A stretch of DNA of 63,320 nucleotides, the filler included, from Cercozoa sp. M6MM (taxonomy: Eukaryota; Protista; Endomyxa: Ascetosporea), in assembly GCA_040357565.1 (NCBI GenBank). It is 10 parts of 10 records of this genome, joined end to end, with 100 filler letters (N's around TTAATTAATTAA, not from the genome) between each part and the next. Parts side by side here need not be neighbours in the genome. Positions count along the whole stretch, not along the records: positions 1 to 10,403 come from JBDODJ010000448.1; positions 10,504 to 27,269 come from JBDODJ010000278.1; 8 more parts are not named here. The stretch is one strand, 5' to 3'. Made by a program: the position numbers and the translations under genes. Shown here piece by piece: positions 1 to 16,032 of the stretch (positions within the stretch are counted from its first letter, which is position 1; each line of letters begins with the position of its first letter). The notes beneath the pieces were generated by a model that had not been told where the DNA came from, did not search any database, and saw only the letters and a program-made list of their open reading frames with translations.

Positions 1-38
1 CATTTACCCTCCATTTAACGCCTCCATACTTCGGACAG

Positions 39-902
39 TGTTCCCTGGTCGTCGCGCGAACCGCTGGAGACGCCGCGTCGCTTGCTGTAGCTTCCTGCAT
101 TGTTTGTACTCTCTGTTCCCCTCCCTCACCCCTCCTTCCCGTAGATGGCCGAGGCGCGAGGTGGAGAACATTCGACAGATCGTGAAAGAAATGAAATATC
201 GTCGTATGCCGGTCGATTCGGACTTTGGGCGTTTCTACCGCTTGCCTCTGGTATTGTGGCTTTAACCCACACACATACACACACATACACACACACCTTT
301 TGCCCCTCATAGGAACGACTCTCATCTACCCGACCAATCGGTTCGGAAACGCTGCCGTCACACGGGTGTGTGCATTGCTTCCGCAGCCTGTGGTATACCC
401 TTTAAACACCCCCCCCCCCCGCCCCACCCCTTTACCCCCCCCCCCCACCCCCTGTCGTAGGTACGCGCCAGGTGGCATCGACTTCCGTAAGAAGAACGCT
501 ATTGGTGGCGATACCGTAGGACTCCCTTTGCTCCCTTACCTCCTACCCCCTACCCCTACTACTGGTACATGCAGTGGGTCTCAATCACCGAGTACCCTGC
601 CGACGGGTCAGGTCCGCGTATTCGCTGCCTCATGAGTTACGGCAACTCGAGTCGTCGCTCCTCGAAGAACTACTTTGGTAGTGTAATCTTGTACCCTGCC
701 CCCCCCCCCGGGCCCCCCCCCCCCCCCCACAGACCAGATGCGCATGTTCGCCAAGAAGGAGCTGCGCGATTGCCCCTTCGAACGCGCCGACGTCGAGCGC
801 ATCGCCACCGAGCGCGAGTCGGTGCGAGTGACGGTTCCGATCGTTCAAGAAAACCGTCATACTACTGAGTCATCACTGAGACACCTGGTCCAACGTCAGT
901 AA
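39..902 (+). CDS. Penicillin/cephalosporin (GL-7-ACA)/acyl-homoserine-lactone acylase family Ntn-hydrolase, 3' part (beta-subunit C-terminus), spliced, 5' end outside window
   Basis: Manual splicing gives VPWSSREPLETPRRL..WPRREVENIRQIVKEMKYRRMPVDSDFGRFYRLPL|GTTLIYPTNRFGNAAVTR|YAPGGIDFRKKNAIGGDT|WVSITEYPADGSGPRIRCLMSYGNSSRRSSKNYF|DQMRMFAKKELRDCPFERADVERIA, stop TAA 900-902. The G(D/E)TWV..IE, LMSYGNS and Y.DQ motifs match the recalled C-terminus of Penicil_amidase enzymes. Confidence 0.75.
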
Positions 903-1338
903 ACGTCATTTAGCCATTTCGCACATCATAGATCGGGCTCGACTACAGTTTGGTAGTGACGTCAGTTCAGTTCAGTTTGCCATAAATTTTCATGGCTAGT
1001 GCAAACCTGCAACTTTCAGTACAGCGTCACAGCTTAACTACGACCAGTGCTGGACTTGCCTAGGATCACTAGGGTGTCGTATGTACAGTGTTCTGTACAA
1101 CATTCGATTGAATGTCGTATGTAAGTTTACAGTGGTTTGTAAAATCTAAATGAAGATAAAATCACATTTTACATCTATGGTGAGGGATACAACACGTCAC
1201 TTTTAGTTTGCTTTGGTTGGATCGTCACGGTCACGTCACAACGCGAGCGAAGGCAGGCGGCGCTTTCATGTTACATGGGGACCGAGTGGACGGAGACGGG
1301 GCGAGTTTGGTCGCTTTGGGGACCCTCAACTCGGAGCT

Positions 1339-2088
1339 TTAGAACGTGAAACGGTAGACGTTGGGACCGCAGATGACGGGCAGCTGGTCGCAGTCGTCGC
1401 CAGCCAGACGCTCGCACAGGTTGTCCTTGATGCCGAGGAACTGCGACGGGATCGCGTCGCGCAGCAGCGTCCACATGCACCTGCTTACATCGAAATGATA
1501 AAGGTGAGGCACTTGGAGTTCAAACAAAGATTGTACTTGGTCAGCGGGGCATCCTTGGCCTTCTGCACGAGAGCCTGGGCGTCGGCGAGGATATCGCCGT
1601 TGGTGATGAGCTCCTTGACCTCACCCGGGCACGTCGTCGTGTTCTTGAAATCGTTGTGACCGAAGAGGTCCGTTGATAGGTCGACCGTCTCGGCAAAGTT
1701 CTCGCCGAGGTGGGCAACTAAATTTACAAGTGAAGAAGGGACGAGGTAAGGCTACTCAAGCATGGAAACAATGGAGTAGCAGCAGACGCACCGACAGCCA
1801 CGAGCGACTTGTACTGCGGGGAGTCCTTAGAGAACGGGCCCGTGTACTCATCGGCACCGTCCTTGCCACACGCGTCGATATCGTAGCAGCCCATCAGCGA
1901 GACGCCAATGTTCGCTGAGAAAACAATACATGATACAATTGAGCCACGTCGACGTACACCCAGTCCTTGAAACAGAAGATATACCGTAGTTGGGCGGGGC
2001 GTGGGCACCCATCACAAAGCCTGGGTAGGGCCATGCGCCACCCTTGACCGGCTTGTCGTTGAGCGACTTCGGGCCGAGGAACACCTCT

Positions 2089-2124
<36 letters not shown>

Positions 2125-2933
2125 ACTTATGTTCATAAGATACACAAATTCTACAACATAAATTTTAAAAAGCGCGAGTACCGGTGCCGTTGGGCGACGG
2201 CCAGTACGAATCGAGCGAGTCTTCCACATCGTTCCAGAAGGGACGGCCCTATCCACAGTACCGTCGTAAGATAGGGTAAAAAATATATTGTAGTGTATGC
2301 AAATCTGTGTTGTAAGTTTATATTTAGGGTACCTGGTAGACGGTGCCGTCAGTGCCGATCACCAGCTGGTAACCGACATCACACCAGCCACGGCCATCCT
2401 GGTGGAAGTCCTGAATGGCGACCATCTGCTCGTCATCAGGGGAGCCCCACGCAGTGTGGTGAATCGTGATCTTGTTCACGTCGGCCTGCGGAATGATCTC
2501 GGTCAGCTTGTCGACGCAGTTGCACGCAGCATTGCCAGCGTCGTTCCAGACGCGAGCACCCCAGTCGCCACGGGTCTGCAAAGAGGAAGATCCAAAGCCA
2601 CATGTGATCGGAGTATGGGTGGGTGAAGGAGCATGGGGAGGGGGCAAGAAATTTTAAATTTACCTTAAAGGGCACAGTGTTCAGCACGTAGTGCTCGAGC
2701 GCGCTCGATTCCGCACCGTAGTCGGGGATCACACCCCAGGCTAAGTGAATCATTACAAGTCAGTTTGAGCACTAATGTGTCACTTATTTCCAGCACTCCA
2801 ACCAATGTGAAAGTGCCGCAAAAATGCGCGCAAACACCACTGCGAGAGAACAAGTGATACCACTGCACTTCGTGCCGACTTCACCGGCTGAGACAGCAGC
2901 GGCACCGAGGGCAACAGACGCGAGAAGCTTCAT
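1339..2933 (-). CDS. Secreted PGRP-like N-acetylmuramoyl-L-alanine amidase (Amidase_2 / T7-lysozyme fold), paralogue 1, multi-exon
   Basis: Signal peptide MKLLASVALGAAAVSA. Motifs TRGDWGAR, ITIHHTA, IQDFHQDGRGWCDVGYQLVIGTDGTVYQ|GR, GAHAPPNY|ANIGVSLMGCY and FGHNDFKNTTTCPG contain the Zn ligands His, His, Cys and the catalytic Tyr. Stop TAA at 1339. Confidence 0.92.
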
Positions 2934-3646
2934 CTTGACGTAAGAACAAGAAGGAACGGGAAGCGGTGACTATGTTGTGCAGTGACTTGGCTGGCAAGAC
3001 GCGCACCTCGAACAGTGAGAACAAGAAAGAACAAGAAAGAACAAAAGACAAAGGCGATGTGTCCCGAAGGCGGGAGGAACGAGCCAGCGCTCCATCATTG
3101 CAACGGCATTGCAACGGGTGCTGGGCTGGCCGGCACTGATGCTGCTCCCAGTGAACACGGAAATCACTCGCAGCAACCGCTAAGTGAGATGTAACGGCGC
3201 CAGTGCCCACCAATGATGCAATGATGCGACCAACTGCGGTTGTGACGGCCAGAAACCGGTTGTTTGGCCATAAAGGAGCGACCCGTATCTGATCACGCGA
3301 CACTGAAACCGTTTCAGGCACCGACTCCCAACATCGCTGTCCGAACGATACTCGTGCGGGTCGTAGCGATAACAAGTGCAAAATAGTATCAAGGACGCCC
3401 ATTGACGTGTTGAAAGCCGCCTCGAGTGCGCAAAGCCTGGGATTTGCAGGAGGCCAGCTTTGGAGAGGCAAAGTTGACACACATTCGTGCTCACGTTTCT
3501 ACTACGAACCACTCCAGTGTCTCCTTTGAACGGTGCTATGTAAATTGATCAACACAACCTGGCAGTGCAGCTGAGCATGATGTTGAGATTGGGTTATTGT
3601 GTGAATCGTGCTGTGTGAGCCACAGTGAGAGAGGCACGACATACAG
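2934..3646. promoter_or_regulatory. Putative bidirectional promoter between PGRP-1 and class C GPCR-1 (about 713 bp ATG to ATG)
   Basis: Divergent start codons at 2933 (-) and 3647 (+). No specific cis motif identified. Confidence 0.5.
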
Positions 3647-4884
3647 ATGCTTCGGGCGTCAGTGCTGCTCTGCGCGGTGCTCAGTGTCATTGACGCGCGG
3701 ACATTTCGCATTGGCGTGATTTTCAAGAACAAGCGATGGCTTGAGGTGGGTCGCGCTCATGTTCGCGTGTTCGCTGAGCACCGAGCAACCTGATAGATGT
3801 CGGTTGTTTGTCAGGCTTACAATATGACAAAGCTCGTGGTCGAGGAGATCAACAACAGCACCGAAGTCTTGCCGAACGACACGCTCGAGCTCGTTTACGA
3901 TCCTGCAGCTGACAACGCGGCCGAGGTGCGTTGTGCGTCTCCGCTGAGCAATGTTGTCATTTCTTTTTCCATATTCGCAGTGGTCATCATCACTGCCGTA
4001 CAAATGTTACGTGAGTTTTCTTTCAGTGTTTCTTCAAGCTAGTTTTGCGAAATTAGCTTGTGTGTAAGCACAGAACAACCACGAAAGGTTCGACCTCATT
4101 TCAAAGGTGGACGACGTTACGTTTGAGGTCACTTGCGACGAGTTCTATGGTGCATCGAGATTCTCTTTGGCGGCTAACTGGGATGATGCTGTGAATTCTA
4201 ACTGAACAGAGCCACTGTTCGGTCCGTCTAAGTTTCCGTCGAACTACACTCGTGGCAACTTCAGCATCAGTCTTTTCCTGCAGAACCATGTCTCAGAGGT
4301 AAATTACAGGATTGGCTTTTTTCTTGCTGGTGTTCAACTGAATTGACTCCAGGCACTCGCTCTGACCATGGGTGTCAGCCGCGGCCTTGACATTGATGCT
4401 GGCTCTTTTCCACACAACGCATCGTTGCAAAGTGAAGCCCAGGCTGTCGATGTGGTATGTCTCCATTCTCTCATTTCCTTCCCTTGTACAGTAGATTTGG
4501 TGCACTTGTATCTCAGATTGTGACGTCGACTCTGTCTGCACACACAGCTCAGTTCCTGGACTACATGAGCATGATGTACTCCCCGTGCATGTGCTAGTGT
4601 CTCTGTCCATTGGATGTCCCCGTTGTCTCTGTGTGCAGCAAGATGCCAGTAGTGGGTTGGATCTCCAACGCCGGCACACTTGTGAACAAGAACGTGCGCA
4701 GTCACAGCGGCTGGTTACAGCGTGTCACACAAAACGACGACCACTCACAAATGGCCGTGATCTCCTTCCTTCAGCGACTCGGAGTGGAGCGCGTCGGTGT
4801 CGTGTACTTGCCGACTGATGACGCCGGTATCGCCGTGCGCGACCGTCTTGCAGTGGTATCCCTGTGTGTGTGTGTGTGTGTGCG

Positions 4885-4915
<31 letters not shown>

Positions 4916-7900
4916 TGTGTGTGCCAAAGTAAACGTGCTGTAGCATTTCCGAGTCGTGAGTTTCGAACTGCCAGACGTGCTGCTGGAGCATGCGCTGTCT
5001 GACAAAGGCAGCGAACTGTACAAGTCGGTACAAACTCTCGAGTCTTGTCAAATAAGATAATGTGTTGTACATTTTCTTTCCGCAGGTGGCCGACACGATC
5101 CGTGAGTCAGGCGTGCGTGTCCTTGTCATTTGGCCTAGCTGGGCCATTCAGGTATTTTGTCTGCAGTTCGTATTCTCCTTGAATCTTATGGTCGTACTCT
5201 AGGGCACGATTCGTTGGCTTGGCGCACACAACATCATTGGCGATCCCCGCTACACCGTGATCATGTCGACGGACGCCAAAACTGTACCATTGCGAGTTCC
5301 TGTACGTTTGCTGCTCGTCGCATCAGTACTTTTGTTGTTGTGCACAGTACGCATACCGCGAGTTCATCCTTGCGAGCAACAGCACGCTGCTGTCGCTGCC
5401 GCTGAACTCGTCAATCACGGGCATTGAGACGTACGATAGCACTTCAGTTCGAGTGTTAAAGCCTCGATGACATGCATTCTGTCTGTGCTCAGTGACCGTA
5501 CCGATGAAGAAGCCATCGCACACTACCGCAGTCGCATGGTCGGCTTGTTCTATGCCTCGGCCGTGAACAACGACGATGCGACGCCAACAAACACGACGCT
5601 TCGTGTACTGCAGCTTGCGTGTCTACTGCAAATTATTCTCTGATACTCTTTGGCGTGCACTGTAGTACAAAGAACAGGCCCCAGCGGAAGCGACCGGTGT
5701 CGACAGCATCATCGCGTCGCTCGAGGACATGGTACCTCTCGCTGTTGGAATCGCACGCATTTTTCCAAGCATCTCTGTGCCATAGGTTCGCACAGCCGCC
5801 ATGGGAATCGACGCCGCCGTCAAGTGGGTCAACGAGGAGAATGCCCAGCGCGACGCGAGTGATCAACTTGAGCTCACGCGTGAGCACATTCGCGACCAAA
5901 TGCGCACCGTGTCGATCTACTCTTCTCGATACGGTACGGTGTGCTCGGAGCTTTGTTCACACTACTCCCATACGTGAGCAACTGTCTAAAGGAAACCTAA
6001 CCTTCCTGCCGAATGGTGATCCCGACGTGCCATTTGCGATTGTGAACTTTCGTCCCAACGCAGAGGCGTCTGATGGACTGGAGGCGGTGCGAGTGGGACA
6101 CTTTGCACCCTCTTTCATTCAGTCCGAGCAGGAGGTGTTGCCGCTCGAAATGACGGAGGAGCAGAAGCAAGGCATTCGTTGGGCAGACGGCATCGTGGGC
6201 TACCAGAACTCGCCCTTTGTCGTACCGTCCCTGCTTTTATAATTTTACGGTAAAAGATCTCTGAAATCACGATGGAATATGTAGCCAGTGGAACTGCCCT
6301 TGGCTGGCATGTTCGAGTTGCTCGACTTTTTCGGCTGGTCGCGTGTCGGTGTCGTCATCAACGCGGCCGATCCCGAGGTGCAGAGTGTGCGCGACGCCTT
6401 CGCAACGCGAGCGGTATCCCATTTTTCAGTCCTTCCTGTTTGCCCTTTGTCCAGCTTGAATGTATCTCCTTTTCCATCATCAGAACATGGAAGCCGTGTT
6501 CTACGGTGCGCCGGACCAGCCGTACGACGAGGTGTACCGCAACAGCGGTCAGTACGACTCTCTGGCGGAGCGACTGATGGAAAGCGACCTGCGCATCATC
6601 GTTCTGTGGCCGTCTTGGAACGCGGAGCCGCTGCTGCGCTGGCTCACGATTAAGGGGGTACCATGCTTTCCATGTTTGATACTTTGATCTATCGGTGTGA
6701 CCAATCAATGTGCTCGTTTCTTTGTGCAGATCATTGGCAATGACCGATTCACTTTTATTCTGGCGCCGACTGCGACGCGCGTTGCCTCGTACTCTTTGTC
6801 GTATCATACCCTCCCTTATCTAGCCTTACGAACTGTCTGACAGACTGGTGTACGGTGGTACCAACGATCTGATGGACAACTCGCCTGCGACGCTGCAGCG
6901 TGGTGTTGGCATGTTCTCTCTCACGGTAAGTCTTTTTTCAAGCAATTTTGAGTGAGAATGACTGTATCTTTGGATGGTGCAGGTTGCTGATGAGGTCGTG
7001 CTGATGCACAACTGGCGATCGGACCCGAGCAACACTGTATTTTGCCTTGACATGGGGAGTTTAGTCCTTCGATATGGGGTCTATGTATTCTTGGTGTAGA
7101 AGGTGACCCCAGTGCCGTTCGCAACGCTTGAATCGACGACAGCGGACTTCAAGGTGTTCAACGACGCCGCCGATGTTGTGTGGTCTGATAACCAGATTGG
7201 TCTGCTAAACCGGCCTCTGTCAACGCCCGTGGTCATCAAGAAGGTGCCGTTTCTCTTCAGTTTCTTGTTGGACCTTTGACATGACATGTGTTGCCCTGCA
7301 GACACGGCCCATGGACAGTGGCGTGCGCGTGACCCTGTTGGCACTCTCGTTGATCGGTATCGTCGCGTGTGTCGGCACCTTCTTCTTCCTGGTGGCTAAG
7401 CGTCACTTGCGTTACATCCGAATGTCGTCCTGGAAGGTACTACCTTTGGATGAGTGTACCCTGTAGAGGAAGAGAGAGAGAGTGTGTGGTTTTTTGCTTC
7501 CGTAGATCAACAGCGTCGTTCTGTTCGGTCTCATTGTGGCCTGCATTGGCGTCATCATGCTCGGTATCGGGTCCGAACAGGTCGCCGACTACGACGAGTC
7601 ACTCGGATACATTCCCTTCAACGTGGACGAAAGTGCCTTTCTCGGCGTTTGCAACGCCCGGATTTGGCTGCTGCCGATTGCTTTCACTCTGACGTTTGGC
7701 GGTTTGTTCAGGTAGGTTTCGAACGTAGGATTTTGCCCTGTCTTGGTTCTGCAGGTTTACTGCCTTGTATCAACAGCAAGACGTTCCGCGTGTGGCGTAT
7801 CTTTGTGAACCACCAGTTCAATGTGCGGAGTATCGGCGACATCCGACTGCTCGGCATGGTCGGCTTGCTGCTGTTCGTGGACGTGCTTACCATGGCGGCC

Positions 7901-8802
7901 TTCCACATCAGTAGCTCGTTCGAGCGCACTTTGACTGTCGAGAACGAGGTAGGGCGCGAAATGTTATGCTTTCTTACTGTTAGGTGTGTTGAAACTCTGC
8001 TGGACTGGTGGGCAGGTGCCCTTCCCCATCGAGGGCAACTTGGATGCCACAGAGCAGTTCTACTACGAGCACTGCAGTGCCGACGGTTTGGACACGTTCA
8101 TGGGCCTGTTCATTGTGACCAAGGGTCTGCTGCTCGTGTTCGGTCTGTGGATGGCATCGGAGACACGCAACGTCGAGATGTACCTTGTGCTTTCATGCAT
8201 GATACCTCGTGGTTTGTAATGTGCCTTTTGGGGTGTGGACAGTCCGGCACTCAACGACAGTCGCAGCATCGCGACTTGTGTCTACGTGGTGGCGCAGGTG
8301 TCGCTCATCATGATGCCCGTGTCGTTTGTGTTCGACGAGAACGACGGCCAACAGTCGCGCTACCTGTTGGTGGGCCTATGCGTGCTCACGATGGTGTACT
8401 CTGTGCTCGGCCTGCTCTTCGTGCCCAAGATCTACAATGTACTACACCTAGAACAATTACTTGTAGACATAGACAGTGTAGTATGCTGTTTGTTGACTGT
8501 ACCAAACAGGTGTTTACGGGCCAAGCTGAGAAACTCACGACGGTGATGTCGATGAACTCGTTGAGTGGCACAAATGGCACGGCCAGTGTCGTGAGCGGCA
8601 CCGTCAAGCGCACGGCCACTCTGCGAACCAACACCAACACAGTAAGTGGCTATCCCACTGTACCGCAGCAGAAGCATGCATACATACTTACTGCACTGTG
8701 TTTGTGCAGTCTTCGACAGCAGAAACGGGCGATGTCGAGCTGCAGATCGTCCAGAGTGAGGCAGGAGGCTCCACTGTTGTCAGCACCGCACTGACGTCAT
8801 GA
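3647..8802 (+). CDS. Class C (GABA-B-like) GPCR: signal peptide, Venus-flytrap ectodomain with internal duplication, 7tm_3; more than 25 exons
   Basis: N-terminus MLRASVLLCAVLSVIDARTFRIGVIF..|AYNMTKLVVEEINNSTEVLPNDTLELVY is a typical VFT start. Also LDFFGWSRVGVV. The 7TM has GABA-B hallmarks RYIRMSS, CNARIWLLPIAFTLTFGGLF|SKTFRVWRIF, ETRNVE|IPALNDSRSIATCVY and LLFVPKIY. Stop TGA 8800-8802. Confidence 0.9.
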
Positions 8803-10403
8803 GCACACAATGAAATCATGCCAAGTGTACAGACACGAGTGCACAGATACGGAGATATCCAAACCATCTACCATAGCAACCATAGCAACAACAATCACAC
8901 TCACGACACTGACATTCACAGTTCGGTTTTCATTTCTTCCTCCGCTCTTTGTCACCTTGGCTGCCTGCATTGATATCGCCGTCAGTCCAAGTTGCACTGT
9001 ACTTGGTCCACGCCAGTCCGGAACGTTTGCTTGTAATATAATAGAATGAACAACCAAATCGAGCGTTATCTAATTTCGAGGTTCTTTGAAGAAAGTGCTG
9101 AGTTTCACCGCAAGACGGCCACTCACTTTTAGCAATACGCTTTCAAGTATGTATGTATGTATGTATGTATGCATGCATGTATGTATGTATCGTATGCATG
9201 CATGCATGTATGCATGTGTATGGCGTGTGAGCGTATGTTTTTTCTTTGTTTAAATAGCAACAACAAAAACCAAAAAATATGTCACCATAGCGCTCAAAGA
9301 CATGAATGGAATCCAAAATTGGACGAGTACATCGTAACAATTAGAACGCGGCAAAGAAGGTGTAACTTACGTCACAAAACCCTAAGTACCGGAGGTCAAG
9401 ATCTGCCCAGCATCAGCGTTTGACTTGGGGATAGCTAAACATTGTAGCGGCCGCCGACACTCTCACAGAGGACATGGCAGACATTTATTTGAGCTGGCTA
9501 CATATATGGAAAACAGACAGATCTCTCAGCACAGCCCAAGATTAGAGCTTAGATGCAAACCATAGTATTTAGCTACTGTTTGACATGCCTTGGTTCGCCC
9601 AAACGTCTTTGCTGCCAGCGTGGGGTCAAAAATGCCGAGTCGCGGCAGTTTCTCCACGTTTGACTGAAAGGCCACTGCGTGACCCGAGTTTCACCAGTGT
9701 TTGGCCCTGGCGGCGAGTTTTTGACCTGCGTCATTCCGCGCAATTGCCAATTTAGTTGTTTCTTTGCCGAAACTCGAATCGGCGAAGACCCGGATTGTCG
9801 CTGGGGTAGTAACACGGGCGTGCTGCATCCGAGACCCCGCTTCGCACGCGTCCAAGCGAAGGCTACCAACAGACGTACGAAATGGACGAACCGGTAGAAT
9901 ATTTGAAAGTAATGTAAACACCACACTCTCTTGAGTTGAGACTTTACCAACCCGCCAGTTGACAAGACATGGTTCAAGCAATAGGTCAGAAGCGTCAAGA
10001 AGACCGCTAAGCAAGGTGGGCTGATTTTTGTGCTGGCCAGAGCTGTGTGTCTCAGTACGCTACGAGGGCATGTACATTGGGTGTGTGTTGTGTCTGCGAG
10101 TTCGCATGCAACGCCAAAAGGCGGGTTTCGACCTTTTTTGTCGTGGCTGATTTTGGTTTCTGTTTTGGTTTGTTGTTGGGCCGTTTTCGCGTTGTCGCGC
10201 TTTGCCATGAATGCAATGACCCACCTTTGAGTAGGAAACGCTTTCATGATGGAAAACACCACTGAGATGATTGCCGTCATCGTTGGCATTCTTTTCATCG
10301 CCATCGTCCGTGCCTGTACCATTCTTCGTTCGCTAGCATCAATAAGCCAGCCTTGACCCCCCCCCAATGTAGACAAGAAGAGCACGGTTGTACCCAAGAT
10401 CCC

Positions 10404-10503
10404 NNNNNNNNNNNNNNNNNNNNNNNNNNNNNNNNNNNNNNNNNNNNTTAATTAATTAANNNNNNNNNNNNNNNNNNNNNNNNNNNNNNNNNNNNNNNNN
10501 NNN
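10404..10503. other. Artificial contig-joining spacer (N-run + TTAATTAATTAA + N-run); also at 27270-27369, 30861-30960, 35463-35562, 45567-45666, 50569-50668, 55133-55232, 56969-57068, 62016-62115
   Basis: Identical 100-nt construct with stop codons in all six frames, occurring nine times. Confidence 0.97.
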
Positions 10504-10586
<83 letters not shown>

Positions 10587-10789
10587 AAACCCGAAAAATC
10601 TGGCGCCCATTCCACAAGAGCGGCCCAAGAGAGCTACGGAAAAAATGTTACCTATTTACGATCTTGGTGCTCTAAATTTTGACTAAAAGATATCATTTGC
10701 CCGGTATTGTTTTTGAGAAGCGCTGAGCACTGGGCTGTGAGCTGCCACAATCAATGATCCAGCAGCTGTGTTTCTTGTTTCGAGTGCAG

Positions 10790-14298
<3,509 letters not shown>

Positions 14299-14604
14299 CA
14301 GTGTACCTTGTGTTCCTCGGTTGTTGCGTTAGACACGACACACGACAACGACAGTCAGGACAGTGCCCACGAACATCATTAACACACGGCCGCGGGCTGC
14401 TTCTGTCTTGTAAATCCTGTTTGTGATCTTCCACGATGTGTACAACTGGTGCTTATTCCTGTAATTTGAAGGGAGCTGGAGACGAGGCCGCCCAGCACAG
14501 GCTCAGGAACAATCACTTTTCGCCAAGAGAAAAGCGGACCTTCGGAGACCTGGCACCTTACCACTCCAGTAAGAGTTCTTGTGTCTCGCAATAACTTTTG
14601 TGCG

Positions 14605-15659
14605 ATGTCTGCTGAGTTTTTGAGTTTAGTTCGTGGCGACGCTGTCGGCACTGCTGCGAAGAAAGCATCGTCGTGCCTTCGATCTCCTCTTTCCCGAGTT
14701 TGTTTCTGCAGGTAGTTTCTGCCCTCTCTCTCCCGCACACATGTGCTGGTCTCGCAAAATGCGCTTCGAGGTGAATTGTACCAAACGCAGAACTCGTGCG
14801 AGCGCGTTTCCAGAACGAACTCACGGATCACTTCACGATGCTGGACGTGATTCCGCTCATGGAGCCGACTCGCGTGCCGGTCGAAAAAGTGAAACCTGGT
14901 ACTGCAAGTATGATATTGGCTGCTTGTTTTCGTGTTATGTATGACATGTGTGCTAGTTCGAACGCCAACGCAACTTGAGAGCAGTAGCAGCGACGAAGGT
15001 CACTACAGGTGCGTGGCCACTTTGTATGCGTCTTTGTAGTTGCGTGCATGCGGGTACGTGTAATTTTCATACAGTGCGACGACGCCGCTGCGGTCTGCCA
15101 ACAAGCCCAAAGTTCACAGGTATTTTTCGTTGTGTTGACATGTCGACTGATGTGGTCTGTGGGTGTGATGTCCGCAGCGACGATGATGAAGACATCCGAG
15201 CTCTTGCAAAATTTCCGTATCACATTTTTCTTCGGCGTAGAGGATTTGTATGGTTTGGTTGTATCGTATGCGCAGGCACAGTGTCATGTTTGAATGGGCT
15301 GGCGGCGGTTCCAGCGATGGGAATGACAGTGATACCAGCCTAGCCACTCGACGCAGACGATCGCGCCGGTATTTGCGTGATAATGACGTGATTTGTGCAC
15401 ACTATTGCGCGTATGTAGGCGACGCACGTTGCGACACAAGCGAAAGCACATGCGACGTCAAGCGCAACGTCAAGCGCAACGACGCAGCCCACAGCGCATA
15501 AAAGCACCTACGGCACTGCAACAGCGTCAGCGTCAGCATCGGCGTCTCAAGCAGCGCCAGCGTCTGTCGGCCTCCGGAACGATTTCCGACCGCGACCCTG
15601 AAGACGAGATTGAAGCTGGCAACGACGCCGATGACGAGATCGAGCTTCAGGGCTACTAA
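14605..15659 (+). CDS. Hypothetical multi-exon protein with Arg/Gln-rich and acidic C-terminus
   Basis: Exon-like pieces between GT-AG introns ending ..SDRDPEDEIEAGNDADDEIELQGY*. No recognisable domain. Confidence 0.35.
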
Positions 15660-16032
15660 TAGCTGCTTGGCTAATCCACTGTAAACGGCAGCAGCAGCAG
15701 CACTGGTTGCAGAGCAGTTGTACTGCACTTTTACGGTACAGTACAGTACTGTATCTTCTTTTAATACTGGTACAGTATGCAGTACAATTGTACGGGAGAG
15801 TACTCGGTCTGCACGGTGGCACATTAACCCCCAGGCTTGTGCGGTAGTGCACACAAAGTGTAGCAGCGGTTGTTCTGCTTAGTGCGAGACGCGTGCGGAC
15901 TGCGAAACGAGACTGGCGCGTCACCTGGTCTTGTCTCGAGTTTTGTGCTGCTTGCTGCTGTCTGGCGAGCGAGGCTGAACCCTGAAGCGCTTCCTTTGAT
16001 CACAGAACCTTTTGATCACACATTAGTCCATC

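Noticed and set aside
7454-8794. 446-aa ORF as a separate gene
   Set aside because: Read-through across GPCR exons and introns; only parts are in the true frame.
9573-10403. 274-aa minus ORF and a possible TM-containing first exon at about 10249
   Set aside because: No motif support, and the contig ends before it can be judged.
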